Source: Promethearchaeota archaeon (GTDB taxonomy: Archaea > Asgardarchaeota > Lokiarchaeia > Sigyniarchaeales > SOKP01). Taken from it: a DNA stretch of 43,363 nt. Made by a program: the position numbers and the translations under genes. The notes beneath the pieces were generated by a model that was not told the DNA's origin, ran no database searches, and worked only from the letters and a program-made list of their open reading frames with translations. Where the stretch lies: NCBI GenBank assembly GCA_048941265.1, contig JBHLNT010000018.1:1-43363 (forward strand), read 5' to 3'. Below are positions 1-8,705 of the stretch, piece after piece (position 1 is the first letter of the stretch; each line of letters starts with the position of its first letter).

Positions 1-250
1 TAAATAAGGCAAAATATTTTAAATTAAATGCTCCTATTTGAATGAATAAGAAACTAAGACCAAAACCAAAATATACAGTCCCGCTACTGTATAATAGTTC
101 CTTTCTATGGAGAGCTTTCTCTTTTCTTGCCCTAAATAAATATATAACCATAATTATAATATTTAAGGAGATATATACAACCCAAAGAATAATATAAAAA
201 CCTAAATGATAAGCCGGAGGATAATCTTCTGCTCTAAGTATATCTGCCAT
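1..250 (-). CDS. Hypothetical membrane protein, N-terminal part (runs off the window edge)
   Basis: Not in the ORF track. ATG at 250; my translation MADILRAEDYPPAYHLGFYIILWVVYISLNIIIMGIYLFRARKEK...GFGLSFLFIQIGAF stays open to position 1 and has two hydrophobic segments. Confidence 0.75.
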   Translation of the reverse strand, partial: MADILRAEDYPPAYHLGFYIILWVVYISLNIIIMVIYLFRARKEKALHRKELLYSSGTVYFGFGLSFLFIQIGAFNLKYFALF

Positions 251-326
251 TTTAAATCATTTTTGAATTTCGAATATTTATATTAAGATAAAATTCTATT
301 TATATTCTATGGGATATAATCTCTTT

Positions 327-1487
327 TTACCATAATAAAATTCTACCACAATTTTTGCAGACCCCCTCATTAATTTGCTGATTTAGGCAATTTTCATGAT
401 AAGGGGCTCCACATTCCTTACATAAATAGATTTTACCTTTAGCTTCGGTGAAATTGTATCCACAATATGCGCAATTACTACTAAATGAAAAATTAGTATC
501 ATTGGCCTCAATAATCTGGGATGTCCCAGTTAATCCAAATCCACTCTGAGCATTGCTCGGAGTTACAAAATTATTACTTTGAGGAGGCGTTACCCACTGA
601 TCCTCTAGCGGAGGTTGAGAGTATTGCGATTGAATTTGAGGTTCCCCATAAGATACATATCTCGCTGTAGGTTGCTTAGATAGGCCCATTTTTTGGGATA
701 TTTTTTCATCAATAATATTTGATAAAATTAACGCTGAAGCATATTTCCCTTTAGAACCACCTTTTTGGAGATGAGTGTGGCTTATCATATGAATCACACG
801 TCCCCCTGATTTCCCATAGTTAAAGTATAATAAAACCGGGCTTGCGCCCCATTTCATTTCTAATTCTTGAGAAGTTATCAAGACATGAACTTCGTTATAA
901 TTTAATATTTGAATTGGAAAGGATCTATATTCAAGCCACCATCTAAATTCGTTTTTTTTTGTATCTTTCGCAGTTTTTTTAGTCCATTTTGTTTGCTGTA
1001 TTTCACTTAATACCCCATCTAAAAAGGGATGATTCGGTTCAATAATCTGACATGCGACAACAGCATCATCTGTTCTAATTTTATTCCATCTAACGTAACC
1101 AGGAAAAATCTCTTCAAGAATGAATTTAACTGCCCAGTCTGTAGTGATTATCCAACCCCCATTATTTCTAACGTAATCTTGGATTTTTGGATAAGCTGAA
1201 GTGGGAATATTTTTTCCTGCACACCCGATTAGTACAACATCATAGTTATTGAAATCCGTGCTCATTATCTCATTTGCCATTTTCTGTTGATTTTTCCCTT
1301 TTTCCCCATATTTAATCAATTTATATTCAGAAACATACATGTTCTTTAAGATTGATTCTGGTTTCTCAAACTTGCCTTCAATCGCGAGTATTTTTCCATG
1401 TTTTTCTACAGCTTGCACAATATCTTTTTTATTTAGTGCTTCCATTTTACGCTTTTTCACTTCTGAGTAGAGATCTTTCCAGCTCAT
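327..1487 (-). CDS. Class I GATase-like alpha/beta domain fused via a Q/P/S-rich linker to a C-terminal C4HC3 RING/PHD-like finger
   Basis: YDVVLIGC...YVRNNGGWIITTDWA...GRVIHMISH pattern; C-terminal CAYC-x13-CKEC-x4-HENC-x9-CKNC. Confidence 0.65.
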   Translation of the reverse strand: MSWKDLYSEVKKRKMEALNKKDIVQAVEKHGKILAIEGKFEKPESILKNMYVSEYKLIKYGEKGKNQQKMANEIMSTDFNNYDVVLIGCAGKNIPTSAYPKIQDYVRNNGGWIITTDWAVKFILEEIFPGYVRWNKIRTDDAVVACQIIEPNHPFLDGVLSEIQQTKWTKKTAKDTKKNEFRWWLEYRSFPIQILNYNEVHVLITSQELEMKWGASPVLLYFNYGKSGGRVIHMISHTHLQKGGSKGKYASALILSNIIDEKISQKMGLSKQPTARYVSYGEPQIQSQYSQPPLEDQWVTPPQSNNFVTPSNAQSGFGLTGTSQIIEANDTNFSFSSNCAYCGYNFTEAKGKIYLCKECGAPYHENCLNQQINEGVCKNCGRILLW

Positions 1488-1581
1488 TTTTGTATCCTCA
1501 ATAAAGTTTTAAGGAAATAGAATGTATTTTATTAATAGTAACAGTCTATTCATATATATATTTTCATAGGAAGCGGTTTTA

Positions 1582-3087
1582 GTGGCTCAACTATTAAAAG
1601 ATTTGGGGGAACCTTCAGAATTTTGGGAATATTTTGAACAATTATCTAAAATTCCGCATTGTTCTGGTAATGAGGGTAAATTGAGGGAGTTTATAAAAAA
1701 TGAAGCGGAAAAGTTAGGATGTAAAACTCAAGTTGATCATATTGGAAACCTTTTCGTAAAATCTGCGAAAAAAAATACAGAAAACGATCAGTCTAAAGTT
1801 GTGTTACAATGCCATATGGATATGGTGTGTGAGAAAAATGAAGGGATTACCCATGATTTTTCTAAAGATCCGCTACAACTACAATTAATTGAAATAAAGG
1901 GTGAAAAATGGCTTACAGCAAAAGGGACAACTCTAGGAGCTGATAATAGGGTTGGAATTGCATATCTTTTAACCTTAATGAAAAAATTGTATTCAAAAGA
2001 GTTGCAATTTGACCCTCTTTTAATCGACATGTTATTTACAGTCGATGAGGAGGTTGGTTTGGTTGGAGTTTTTAATATTGATAAGAAATTGGTCGAAGGG
2101 AACTATTTAATTAATTTGGATTCAGAGGAGGATGATAGATTTACAATTGGATGTGCTGGTGGAATTAATACTATCGGAGAAATCAAATTTAAATACATCT
2201 CCGTTAAAAAATATATAAAAAATGCGGTTCCAATTAAATTATCTGTTTCTGGTCTATTAGGAGGGCATTCTGGTGTAGATATTCATAGAGATAGAGCAAA
2301 TTCTATAAAAATAATGAGTAAGGTTTTATGGAAAGTAAATAATGAATATTCGATTTGTATACATTCAATTAATGGAGGAAATAGAGCAAATGCAATTCCA
2401 CGAGAAGCTCAAGCAATAGTATTTGTGGAAAATAATAAGGTATCTGAATTGAGAACATTCATTGATCAAATTATCCGTGAAATAAAATTGGGTATTGCTA
2501 AAATTGAGCCAAACATGGTTATTAAAGTCGATTTGCTCCAAGACTTTGAAAATAAATTTGTGTTCTCTGAAATGCTGAAAAATAAATTACTCCATATGCT
2601 TTACGTGATGCCTTATGGTCCCATTTCAATGCATCCGAAAATTCCGAATTTAGTTTATACATCTACTAACTTAGCTTCGATAAAAACTCACAATGAAGTA
2701 ATTAGCATTACAACAAGTCAAAGAAGTTTACATGAGATTTCTAAAAAAGTAATATATGAAAAAATAGAAGCTTTATTTAAATTAACGGATTTAGATATTC
2801 ATATTTCTCATAATGGTAATTATCCGGGATGGGATCCTGATTTTCAAGCAGAATTATTAAAAAAAGCAAAAAAAACCTATAAAAACCTCTTTAAGAAAGA
2901 TGCTATTATTCAAGCGATTCATGCAGGATTAGAATGTGGCATCTTGAAACAACATTTTCCAGAAATCGATATGATTTCCCTTGGTCCAACAGTAGAAGGA
3001 GCTCATTCTCCAGAAGAACGTCTTAAAATTCAAAGTGTAGAAAAAATATGGAAATTTTTAATTAAATTGCTTAATAATTTAGTTTAA
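1582..3087 (+). CDS. pepD: Aminoacyl-histidine dipeptidase (peptidase M20C)
   Basis: LQCHMDMVCEK, TTLGADN, DEEVGL, NLDSEE, GGHSG, IHAGLECG and AHSPEE motifs; GTG start. Confidence 0.93.
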   Translation: MAQLLKDLGEPSEFWEYFEQLSKIPHCSGNEGKLREFIKNEAEKLGCKTQVDHIGNLFVKSAKKNTENDQSKVVLQCHMDMVCEKNEGITHDFSKDPLQLQLIEIKGEKWLTAKGTTLGADNRVGIAYLLTLMKKLYSKELQFDPLLIDMLFTVDEEVGLVGVFNIDKKLVEGNYLINLDSEEDDRFTIGCAGGINTIGEIKFKYISVKKYIKNAVPIKLSVSGLLGGHSGVDIHRDRANSIKIMSKVLWKVNNEYSICIHSINGGNRANAIPREAQAIVFVENNKVSELRTFIDQIIREIKLGIAKIEPNMVIKVDLLQDFENKFVFSEMLKNKLLHMLYVMPYGPISMHPKIPNLVYTSTNLASIKTHNEVISITTSQRSLHEISKKVIYEKIEALFKLTDLDIHISHNGNYPGWDPDFQAELLKKAKKTYKNLFKKDAIIQAIHAGLECGILKQHFPEIDMISLGPTVEGAHSPEERLKIQSVEKIWKFLIKLLNNLV

Positions 3088-3170
3088 TCCCCTTTGAATT
3101 ATTTGAAAAAATAATTTAATATCCTAAGTATTATTATATCTTAAGTGAATTATTGACTCCGTTTTATATT

Positions 3171-3698
3171 ATGTCAAAACGAGAAAGAATAAAAAAAGCC
3201 CAAGAAAAGCTTGAAATTAGTGGATCAGAGACTTTTACTGAAAAGATCAGAAAAAGAACACCATGGATTTTTGGAACTAAACTAAGAAAACCGAAGATGG
3301 CTTATCCAAAAATAAGAGGTCGAAGGATTGTGCTACCCACCCCATCAAAAGCTTTAGGGCTCGCATTAGTGTATGTAATTCTTTTTATTCTTCAAACGGG
3401 AGTTGTATATTTAGTTTATCGAGATCCTCCTGCTCTTGGGGCTAATGCCAGTGGAGACCCGATATTTCTGTATCCCGGAATCCAGGATAGTTTTATCATT
3501 GAAGGGATAGTCGCTTCTATTTTAATATTTATCGCATCAACTGGATTTTTATTATTATATCAAGCATCAAAATATTCATACAATCGGAAATTAGCTTTAA
3601 GGATTATGGTAATTGGAATTTTTATGATATTAGTGTCTTATGTGTCATTACAATATATGATTGCTGTAAAGTTAGGGCAAAGAGCTTGGTGGGAATAG
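3171..3698 (+). CDS. OSTC/DC2-like oligosaccharyltransferase subunit (OST3/OST6 family transmembrane domain, 3 TM)
   Basis: PS...ALV...GVVY...DPPALG...IFL...FIIEGIVASILIFIASTGFLLL...MIAVKLG follows the eukaryotic DC2 pattern as I recall it (PS...GGIIYD...EPPSVG...QYIMEGLASSFLF..GGLGFIIL...MRMKLP). ATG at 3171 preferred over TTG at 3153. Confidence 0.8.
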   Translation: MSKRERIKKAQEKLEISGSETFTEKIRKRTPWIFGTKLRKPKMAYPKIRGRRIVLPTPSKALGLALVYVILFILQTGVVYLVYRDPPALGANASGDPIFLYPGIQDSFIIEGIVASILIFIASTGFLLLYQASKYSYNRKLALRIMVIGIFMILVSYVSLQYMIAVKLGQRAWWE

Positions 3699-3727
3699 GT
3701 ATTCAGTTTATCTCAAGCTAAAATCGA

Positions 3728-4873
3728 TTACTCTACTTTACAAATCTTTATCTCATCATAATCAACAAATACTTTATAAAGCCCTTTCATTTCTTCATCT
3801 AATTTTGGATCTCTTGTATCTAATCTTAAGATTTGATCTGGGATATTTTGTAATTTGAATTTTGTAGAAATAATTATTATATTTTTCGCCCCTACTTTCT
3901 TTAAAATTCGTGGAGTAATTTGTAAATTACCTCTTCCAAAAAGAAATCCCTGCCTTCCAATTAAGGAAGCAATGATTTTAGTATTTTTTCCTTCAATGTA
4001 GCTTAAAATTTGTTCTTCATTCAGATCAAATGCCACAATTTGTTTATTTAGCAATAAATCTACTCCTAAAACAGTTTTTTCTAGATTTAATCCGTTAGTA
4101 ATAGCTTTAGTTGTAGTACCGGGCCCTATTAAATAATATACATTATCTTCTAATTGTTCAATAATCCGTTTTGCGATTCTTTCTTGATTGTTCAAATCCG
4201 AATTAGGAGTACCCATTTTTGATAGCTGAGAGAAGTCGGGATTAAATGGAGTAAGTAAATAACCATATAATTTAGAAACAAGATTTCCCTTTCGATATTC
4301 CTCCTCATCAATATCGAGAACTTCAGATTCTTTTAGAGCCGTTTCATCCCATAAAAATTGCATAATAATGGAACTTGCTGATTTTGGATTAATGGAAAAC
4401 ACACTAGAATAAATTTTTACTCCAGAGGGGATTCCTAAGCATGGTTTATTTTTATTAATAACAGTGAAAATATCACGCGCAGTACCATCACCTCCTACGA
4501 ATAAAATTAATTGTAGTTCCTTGATATTTTTCATTATTTCAGCTGCTATTTTAGTGTGGTTAGCAGTGGTATCAAAAATTGCTTTCACATTTTCAAATAA
4601 TGGATGATTAATTGTTTCATAGTCGAATTCCATTTTTTTTAGAACATTTTCTCCCATATCACTGGGGCAAGTAATAAATTTTAATTTTGATTGAATCGAA
4701 GTTAATTGAGTTAAGAATTCTTTTGTTCTATTCAATGCATTTGGTTTTGCTCCTAATTTAATAGCTTCCTTTAATATTTTTTTCCCATCAGTTCCTTTAA
4801 GACCTACTGAGCCACCCATTCCTGAAATTGGATTTATAATTAATCCTAAAAGGAATTTATTCGGCATGTTCAT
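3728..4873 (-). CDS. ATP-NAD kinase / AcoX-like family protein (COG3199 type)
   Basis: INPISGMGGSVGLKGTDG, GGDGTARD, GIPSGVKIYSSVF, GPGTTT, GQGFLFGRGNLQ-like motifs. Confidence 0.85.
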   Translation of the reverse strand: MNMPNKFLLGLIINPISGMGGSVGLKGTDGKKILKEAIKLGAKPNALNRTKEFLTQLTSIQSKLKFITCPSDMGENVLKKMEFDYETINHPLFENVKAIFDTTANHTKIAAEIMKNIKELQLILFVGGDGTARDIFTVINKNKPCLGIPSGVKIYSSVFSINPKSASSIIMQFLWDETALKESEVLDIDEEEYRKGNLVSKLYGYLLTPFNPDFSQLSKMGTPNSDLNNQERIAKRIIEQLEDNVYYLIGPGTTTKAITNGLNLEKTVLGVDLLLNKQIVAFDLNEEQILSYIEGKNTKIIASLIGRQGFLFGRGNLQITPRILKKVGAKNIIIISTKFKLQNIPDQILRLDTRDPKLDEEMKGLYKVFVDYDEIKICKVE

Positions 4874-4945
4874 TATAATCCATTTAGAATATGTAAAAAA
4901 AAGAAAAAATTTAAAAGAATTTTACGTACAATTAAAATTAATTTA

Positions 4946-5341
4946 TTATTTACTTGTAAAAGCATTATAACCTGCTTCGTTTAACAAATTACCTTTTTCT
5001 GCATCCCAATTGGAAGGTTCAATCTTATAAAGCCAAGCAGCAAATGAATCTTCATTGATTTTTTCTGGTTCGTCCATCAAATCAGAATTGATAGCAGTAA
5101 CAGTACCGCTTACCGGGGAATAAATATCCCCAACTGCTTTGCTGGATTCAACTGTACAATCAATTGGATCGCTAGTTGGCTCATCTCCATCCATTGTTAC
5201 CTGTTCAAGAGTAGCTCCATTAAGTCCTTCTACATCAACGAAGGAAATCTCACCTAATTGCTCCGCAGCATAAGGTGTTATACCTACTTCTTTCGTACCA
5301 TCATCAAACCATTGATGTGTTTTAGTAAACCATTTTGCCAT
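4946..5341 (-). CDS. gcvH: Glycine cleavage system H protein (lipoyl carrier)
   Basis: HQW, VGITPYAAEQLGEISFV, VESSKAVGDIYSPVSG (lipoyl Lys), WLYKI. ATG at 5341 is preceded by a GGAGTG SD-like sequence. Confidence 0.92.
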   Translation of the reverse strand: MAKWFTKTHQWFDDGTKEVGITPYAAEQLGEISFVDVEGLNGATLEQVTMDGDEPTSDPIDCTVESSKAVGDIYSPVSGTVTAINSDLMDEPEKINEDSFAAWLYKIEPSNWDAEKGNLLNEAGYNAFTSK

Positions 5342-5475
5342 GGTTTTTTTCACTCCTTTTATATTTAACTTTTTTGTGTTATTAAATTATATTGAATTTA
5401 AGTTAATAATAGAATTAATTATAGTATAAATATAAAAGTTTTTTATTGATTTACTCTAAAAATTTTTAGAATAAA

Positions 5476-6312
5476 ATGGAATCTTTTCTTAAAGATCAAA
5501 TAAATTTTTATGTCGAGTTTAAGAATTGGTATTTTGAAATCCTTAAAGATTTTGGATTTAATTATGAAAAGGATTGTGAAGCACGTAATTTTTTATCTGA
5601 GATATTAGATCTAAAAGGTGATAACTGGAATCTTGAAAGGTTATTACGGATTATTAGCGAAAAATTTCAAGATAAGGAAATAATATTGATATATGGGTGT
5701 GGTCCTTCATTAGAGGAGACTGTTGATATGCTTATTAAAGAATTTGGAGAAAATTTCTTTAAAAAGTGCATCAATCTCGCGGCAGATGGGGCATCAATTT
5801 TGTTACGAGAAAGAGGTATTCATCTTGAAGCAATCTTCTCAGACTTAGATGGTATTACTAAAAATGAATTTAATTATGCGGAGTTTCTAATAATCCATGC
5901 TCATGGAGATAATTTAGAAATGATTAACTCTTTTAAAGAGAATATTGTTAATTTTCCAAATATAATAGGGACTACTCAGGTAGAACCAATAGATAATGTT
6001 ATTAATCCCGGTGGCTTCACAGATGGAGATCGGATATTATTTTTTATAAGAACACTCTTAAAACCCCATAATAAACTTTATCTTATTGGTATGGATTTTA
6101 ATGATATTATCGGAAAATATTCAAAACCATCTTTAATTGAGCATTATCTAGGGCCACCAACAAAAATAAAAAAACTGAATTATGCTGTAAAATTAATTGA
6201 ATGGTTAACAGAGAGGATTAGCAATAATTTATTTTTCTTAAATTCGAAATTGTCGTCAAAAAGATTTAAGTACCTCACAATTGAAGAATTCTCAGCATTA
6301 GTAAAAAAATAG
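5476..6312 (+). CDS. mptE: Archaeal 6-hydroxymethyl-7,8-dihydropterin pyrophosphokinase (DUF115 family)
   Basis: GCGPSL, AADGA, SDLDG, IHAHGDN, GTTQ, GGFTDGDR, GMDF, GKYSK motifs. Confidence 0.88.
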   Translation: MESFLKDQINFYVEFKNWYFEILKDFGFNYEKDCEARNFLSEILDLKGDNWNLERLLRIISEKFQDKEIILIYGCGPSLEETVDMLIKEFGENFFKKCINLAADGASILLRERGIHLEAIFSDLDGITKNEFNYAEFLIIHAHGDNLEMINSFKENIVNFPNIIGTTQVEPIDNVINPGGFTDGDRILFFIRTLLKPHNKLYLIGMDFNDIIGKYSKPSLIEHYLGPPTKIKKLNYAVKLIEWLTERISNNLFFLNSKLSSKRFKYLTIEEFSALVKK

Positions 6313-6319
6313 GTATTTT

Positions 6320-7144
6320 TTATAATTTATAATCTTCAATTCCATTTGAAGTGATTCTAAATATTACTTTTTTTTCAGGTAAAAATTCTGAATTCACGAG
6401 ATGTACGTAATTTTTTTCTTCTTTATAACTCAGATACAAGTATTCTGAAAAATAATGATTTAAAAATTGATTTCCGACTGGCAATTCATTTATAATTGCA
6501 CCTTCGATAAAATTTGGATAAACTTGAGCAGTAGCAATCAAAACAATATTAAATTTTTTCATAAGGGTATCGATTTTATCTAGTATTTTTAGATACGCAG
6601 TTTTAAGACTATAAAAAGAAATTTCTTTATTCCCTTGCTCGGATCTGTAGAAAATGTTAATAGAATCTATAACCAATAAATAGGTTTTCCCTGGTTTCAA
6701 TTGATTTTCTATTTCTTTTAATTTTAGCATTAAAGCAGAGTTGCTCATAATCCTTGAAACTTTGATACTTTTAAGAATCTCTTGATATTCAAGCGACTTT
6801 GCTGTTGCTATTTCTTTTATTCTTTCAGGTCTAAAAGTATTTTCACAATCAAGGTAATAGGTAAGGTTGATATCTTGGTTTTTAATATGTTCTGGTTGTT
6901 TAATGAAATATTTATAGGCTTGAATACATAAGTTTAGACAAATTTGAGTTTTACCAGTTCTGTTAGCTCCGAATATTAAATATTTTTTAGTAAGATAAAA
7001 TCCGCCTTTTAAAACTTTATCAAAATTTAATGAATCTAAAGGCAGAATGAATTTAGTTTCTTTAGCATCTTTTATTTTTCTTAAAACAGAATCTTTAAGA
7101 ATCAATTGTTTTTTATTAATATTTAATGTTTCAAGGAGATCCAT
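6320..7144 (-). CDS. RadA/Rad51 paralog (ATPase core only, no N-terminal HhH domain)
   Basis: DKVLKGGF, Walker A GANRTGKTQ, YLDCENTFRPERI, Walker B LLVIDS, PVGNQFLNH. Confidence 0.85.
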   Translation of the reverse strand: MDLLETLNINKKQLILKDSVLRKIKDAKETKFILPLDSLNFDKVLKGGFYLTKKYLIFGANRTGKTQICLNLCIQAYKYFIKQPEHIKNQDINLTYYLDCENTFRPERIKEIATAKSLEYQEILKSIKVSRIMSNSALMLKLKEIENQLKPGKTYLLVIDSINIFYRSEQGNKEISFYSLKTAYLKILDKIDTLMKKFNIVLIATAQVYPNFIEGAIINELPVGNQFLNHYFSEYLYLSYKEEKNYVHLVNSEFLPEKKVIFRITSNGIEDYKL

Positions 7145-7393
7145 TTTTTTCTAAAAACATATTATTTTTTATATTAAAAAACTACTAGTGAAAGATATTA
7201 AACTTTTTATTCATGTAGATAATTCTTAATAAAACCGAAAAGTTAATTTTCAAATATATATAAAATAAATATTATAACGATTAGAAATTTTGTATTTTAA
7301 TATTAAAAAAACCATTTATTTAATTTGAAGTACTTTACGTGAATTATTTAAGTATTCCTCAATATTATTTGAATTGAAAGGTAGATCCCTCTA

Positions 7394-8017
7394 ATGGCTA
7401 AGAAAAAGAAAGAGACTTGTCCTTATTGTGGCAAAAGTTTTGCTTATCTCTCTAGGCATAAATGTAAAATAAAAGAGCGAGTAGAAGGCGGAGTAGAAGA
7501 TAAAACAGTCGCAGAACGTAGGATTGAAAGAATCGAGGAGACGAGAAAACAAATTGGACGTACATTAAAAAAAGATGAAAAAATAATTCTTAATTTAATT
7601 AATCGTCATAAGGAATTGTATTTTAATGAGCTTTCAGAGCTTTCTAATAAAAAACAGGATGATTTAGAGGAAATTTTAGAAGTTTTATCGTTACAGTCAA
7701 AAATAAAAATAAATCGTGAACTTATAGATAGTTCTTGGACAAAACGAATTTGTGCAATTGAAGAATATGAGGATATAAAGGTTAAAGATATAAAAGTAAA
7801 TAAAAAGAAAAAAGATTTTATTTGGGATCTTTTCGGATATCAGCCATGTTTTATTTGTCCTTATGTCGTTGACAGATGTAATGATACAAATCCCAGCAAA
7901 CTCAATCCTCACCACTGTCCTTGGTTAACTGAATGGATTGAAGCATCTGTGGAAGGCAGAGAGTATAAGATAAACTTTGAAGATGTTGAACAAGAAGAAC
8001 AGATTGAGGAATTGTAA
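7394..8017 (+). CDS. RNA polymerase III C34 / archaeal TFE-beta-like protein (winged helix + Fe-S motif) with extra N-terminal zinc finger
   Basis: C-terminal PCFICP-x5-C-x8-LNPHHCPWLTEW matches the C34/RPC6 Fe-S motif (PCxxCP...C...I/LxPxxCxY/WxxEW); central wHTH-like segment; N-terminal CPYCGKSFAYLSRHKC. Confidence 0.78.
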   Translation: MAKKKKETCPYCGKSFAYLSRHKCKIKERVEGGVEDKTVAERRIERIEETRKQIGRTLKKDEKIILNLINRHKELYFNELSELSNKKQDDLEEILEVLSLQSKIKINRELIDSSWTKRICAIEEYEDIKVKDIKVNKKKKDFIWDLFGYQPCFICPYVVDRCNDTNPSKLNPHHCPWLTEWIEASVEGREYKINFEDVEQEEQIEEL

Positions 8018-8050
8018 TTTTCTCCTAATTTGAATTAATTAAAATCATAT

Positions 8051-8689
8051 CTATTTTTTCTTTAATCCTATGAGATAAATCTCATTACTCTGTTTTTTTG
8101 AAGCTTTAGGTTTGTAACTTTTAACAAATTGGTATTCATTTTTCATAGAATTAATTAAGTTATCAAAATCTTGTCCTTGAAACGCTTTAAGAACTAAAAC
8201 TCCTTTAAACTTCAAATTTCTTTTAGCAATCTCTAAAATTCTATAACAGAGGCGATTTTGTCTAATTTGATCTGAAAATTTATTACCCGATTTATTTATT
8301 GATGCATCAGAGAGAATAAGGTCTAACTTTTTAAATTGAAAAAAATTATCAATTTCATCTTGAAATTCTGGATGATTAATATCAATTTTTAGTGTTTTAA
8401 TATCATTAAGAGGAGATATGTTTTTGACGTCAACGCCTAAGATTTTAAAATGATCCCGGTGATAATATTGGTCTTCGTATTTTTTTAAATTTTCTTCTGC
8501 AAAATTTCTTGATATTTGGAGCCAAGAGCCAGGTGCACTTCCCAGATCCAAAATATAGAATGTTCTTTTAAATATATTAAATCTCTCTTGAATATCTAAT
8601 AGTTTATAAGCAGATCTTGCACGATAACCTTTCTTTTTTGCTTGTTTATAATGTGCATCTTTTCTATGCATATGTGGATTTTTAGACAA
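8051..8689 (-). CDS. rlmE: 23S rRNA 2'-O-ribose methyltransferase (FtsJ/RrmJ)
   Basis: GYRARSAYKL, LDLGSAPGSWLQ, ILSDA, LVLKAFQG, KPKASKKQSNEIY (K-D-K-E tetrad). Confidence 0.93.
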   Translation of the reverse strand: MSKNPHMHRKDAHYKQAKKKGYRARSAYKLLDIQERFNIFKRTFYILDLGSAPGSWLQISRNFAEENLKKYEDQYYHRDHFKILGVDVKNISPLNDIKTLKIDINHPEFQDEIDNFFQFKKLDLILSDASINKSGNKFSDQIRQNRLCYRILEIAKRNLKFKGVLVLKAFQGQDFDNLINSMKNEYQFVKSYKPKASKKQSNEIYLIGLKKK

Positions 8690-8705
8690 TATATTTCACT
8701 GCATT

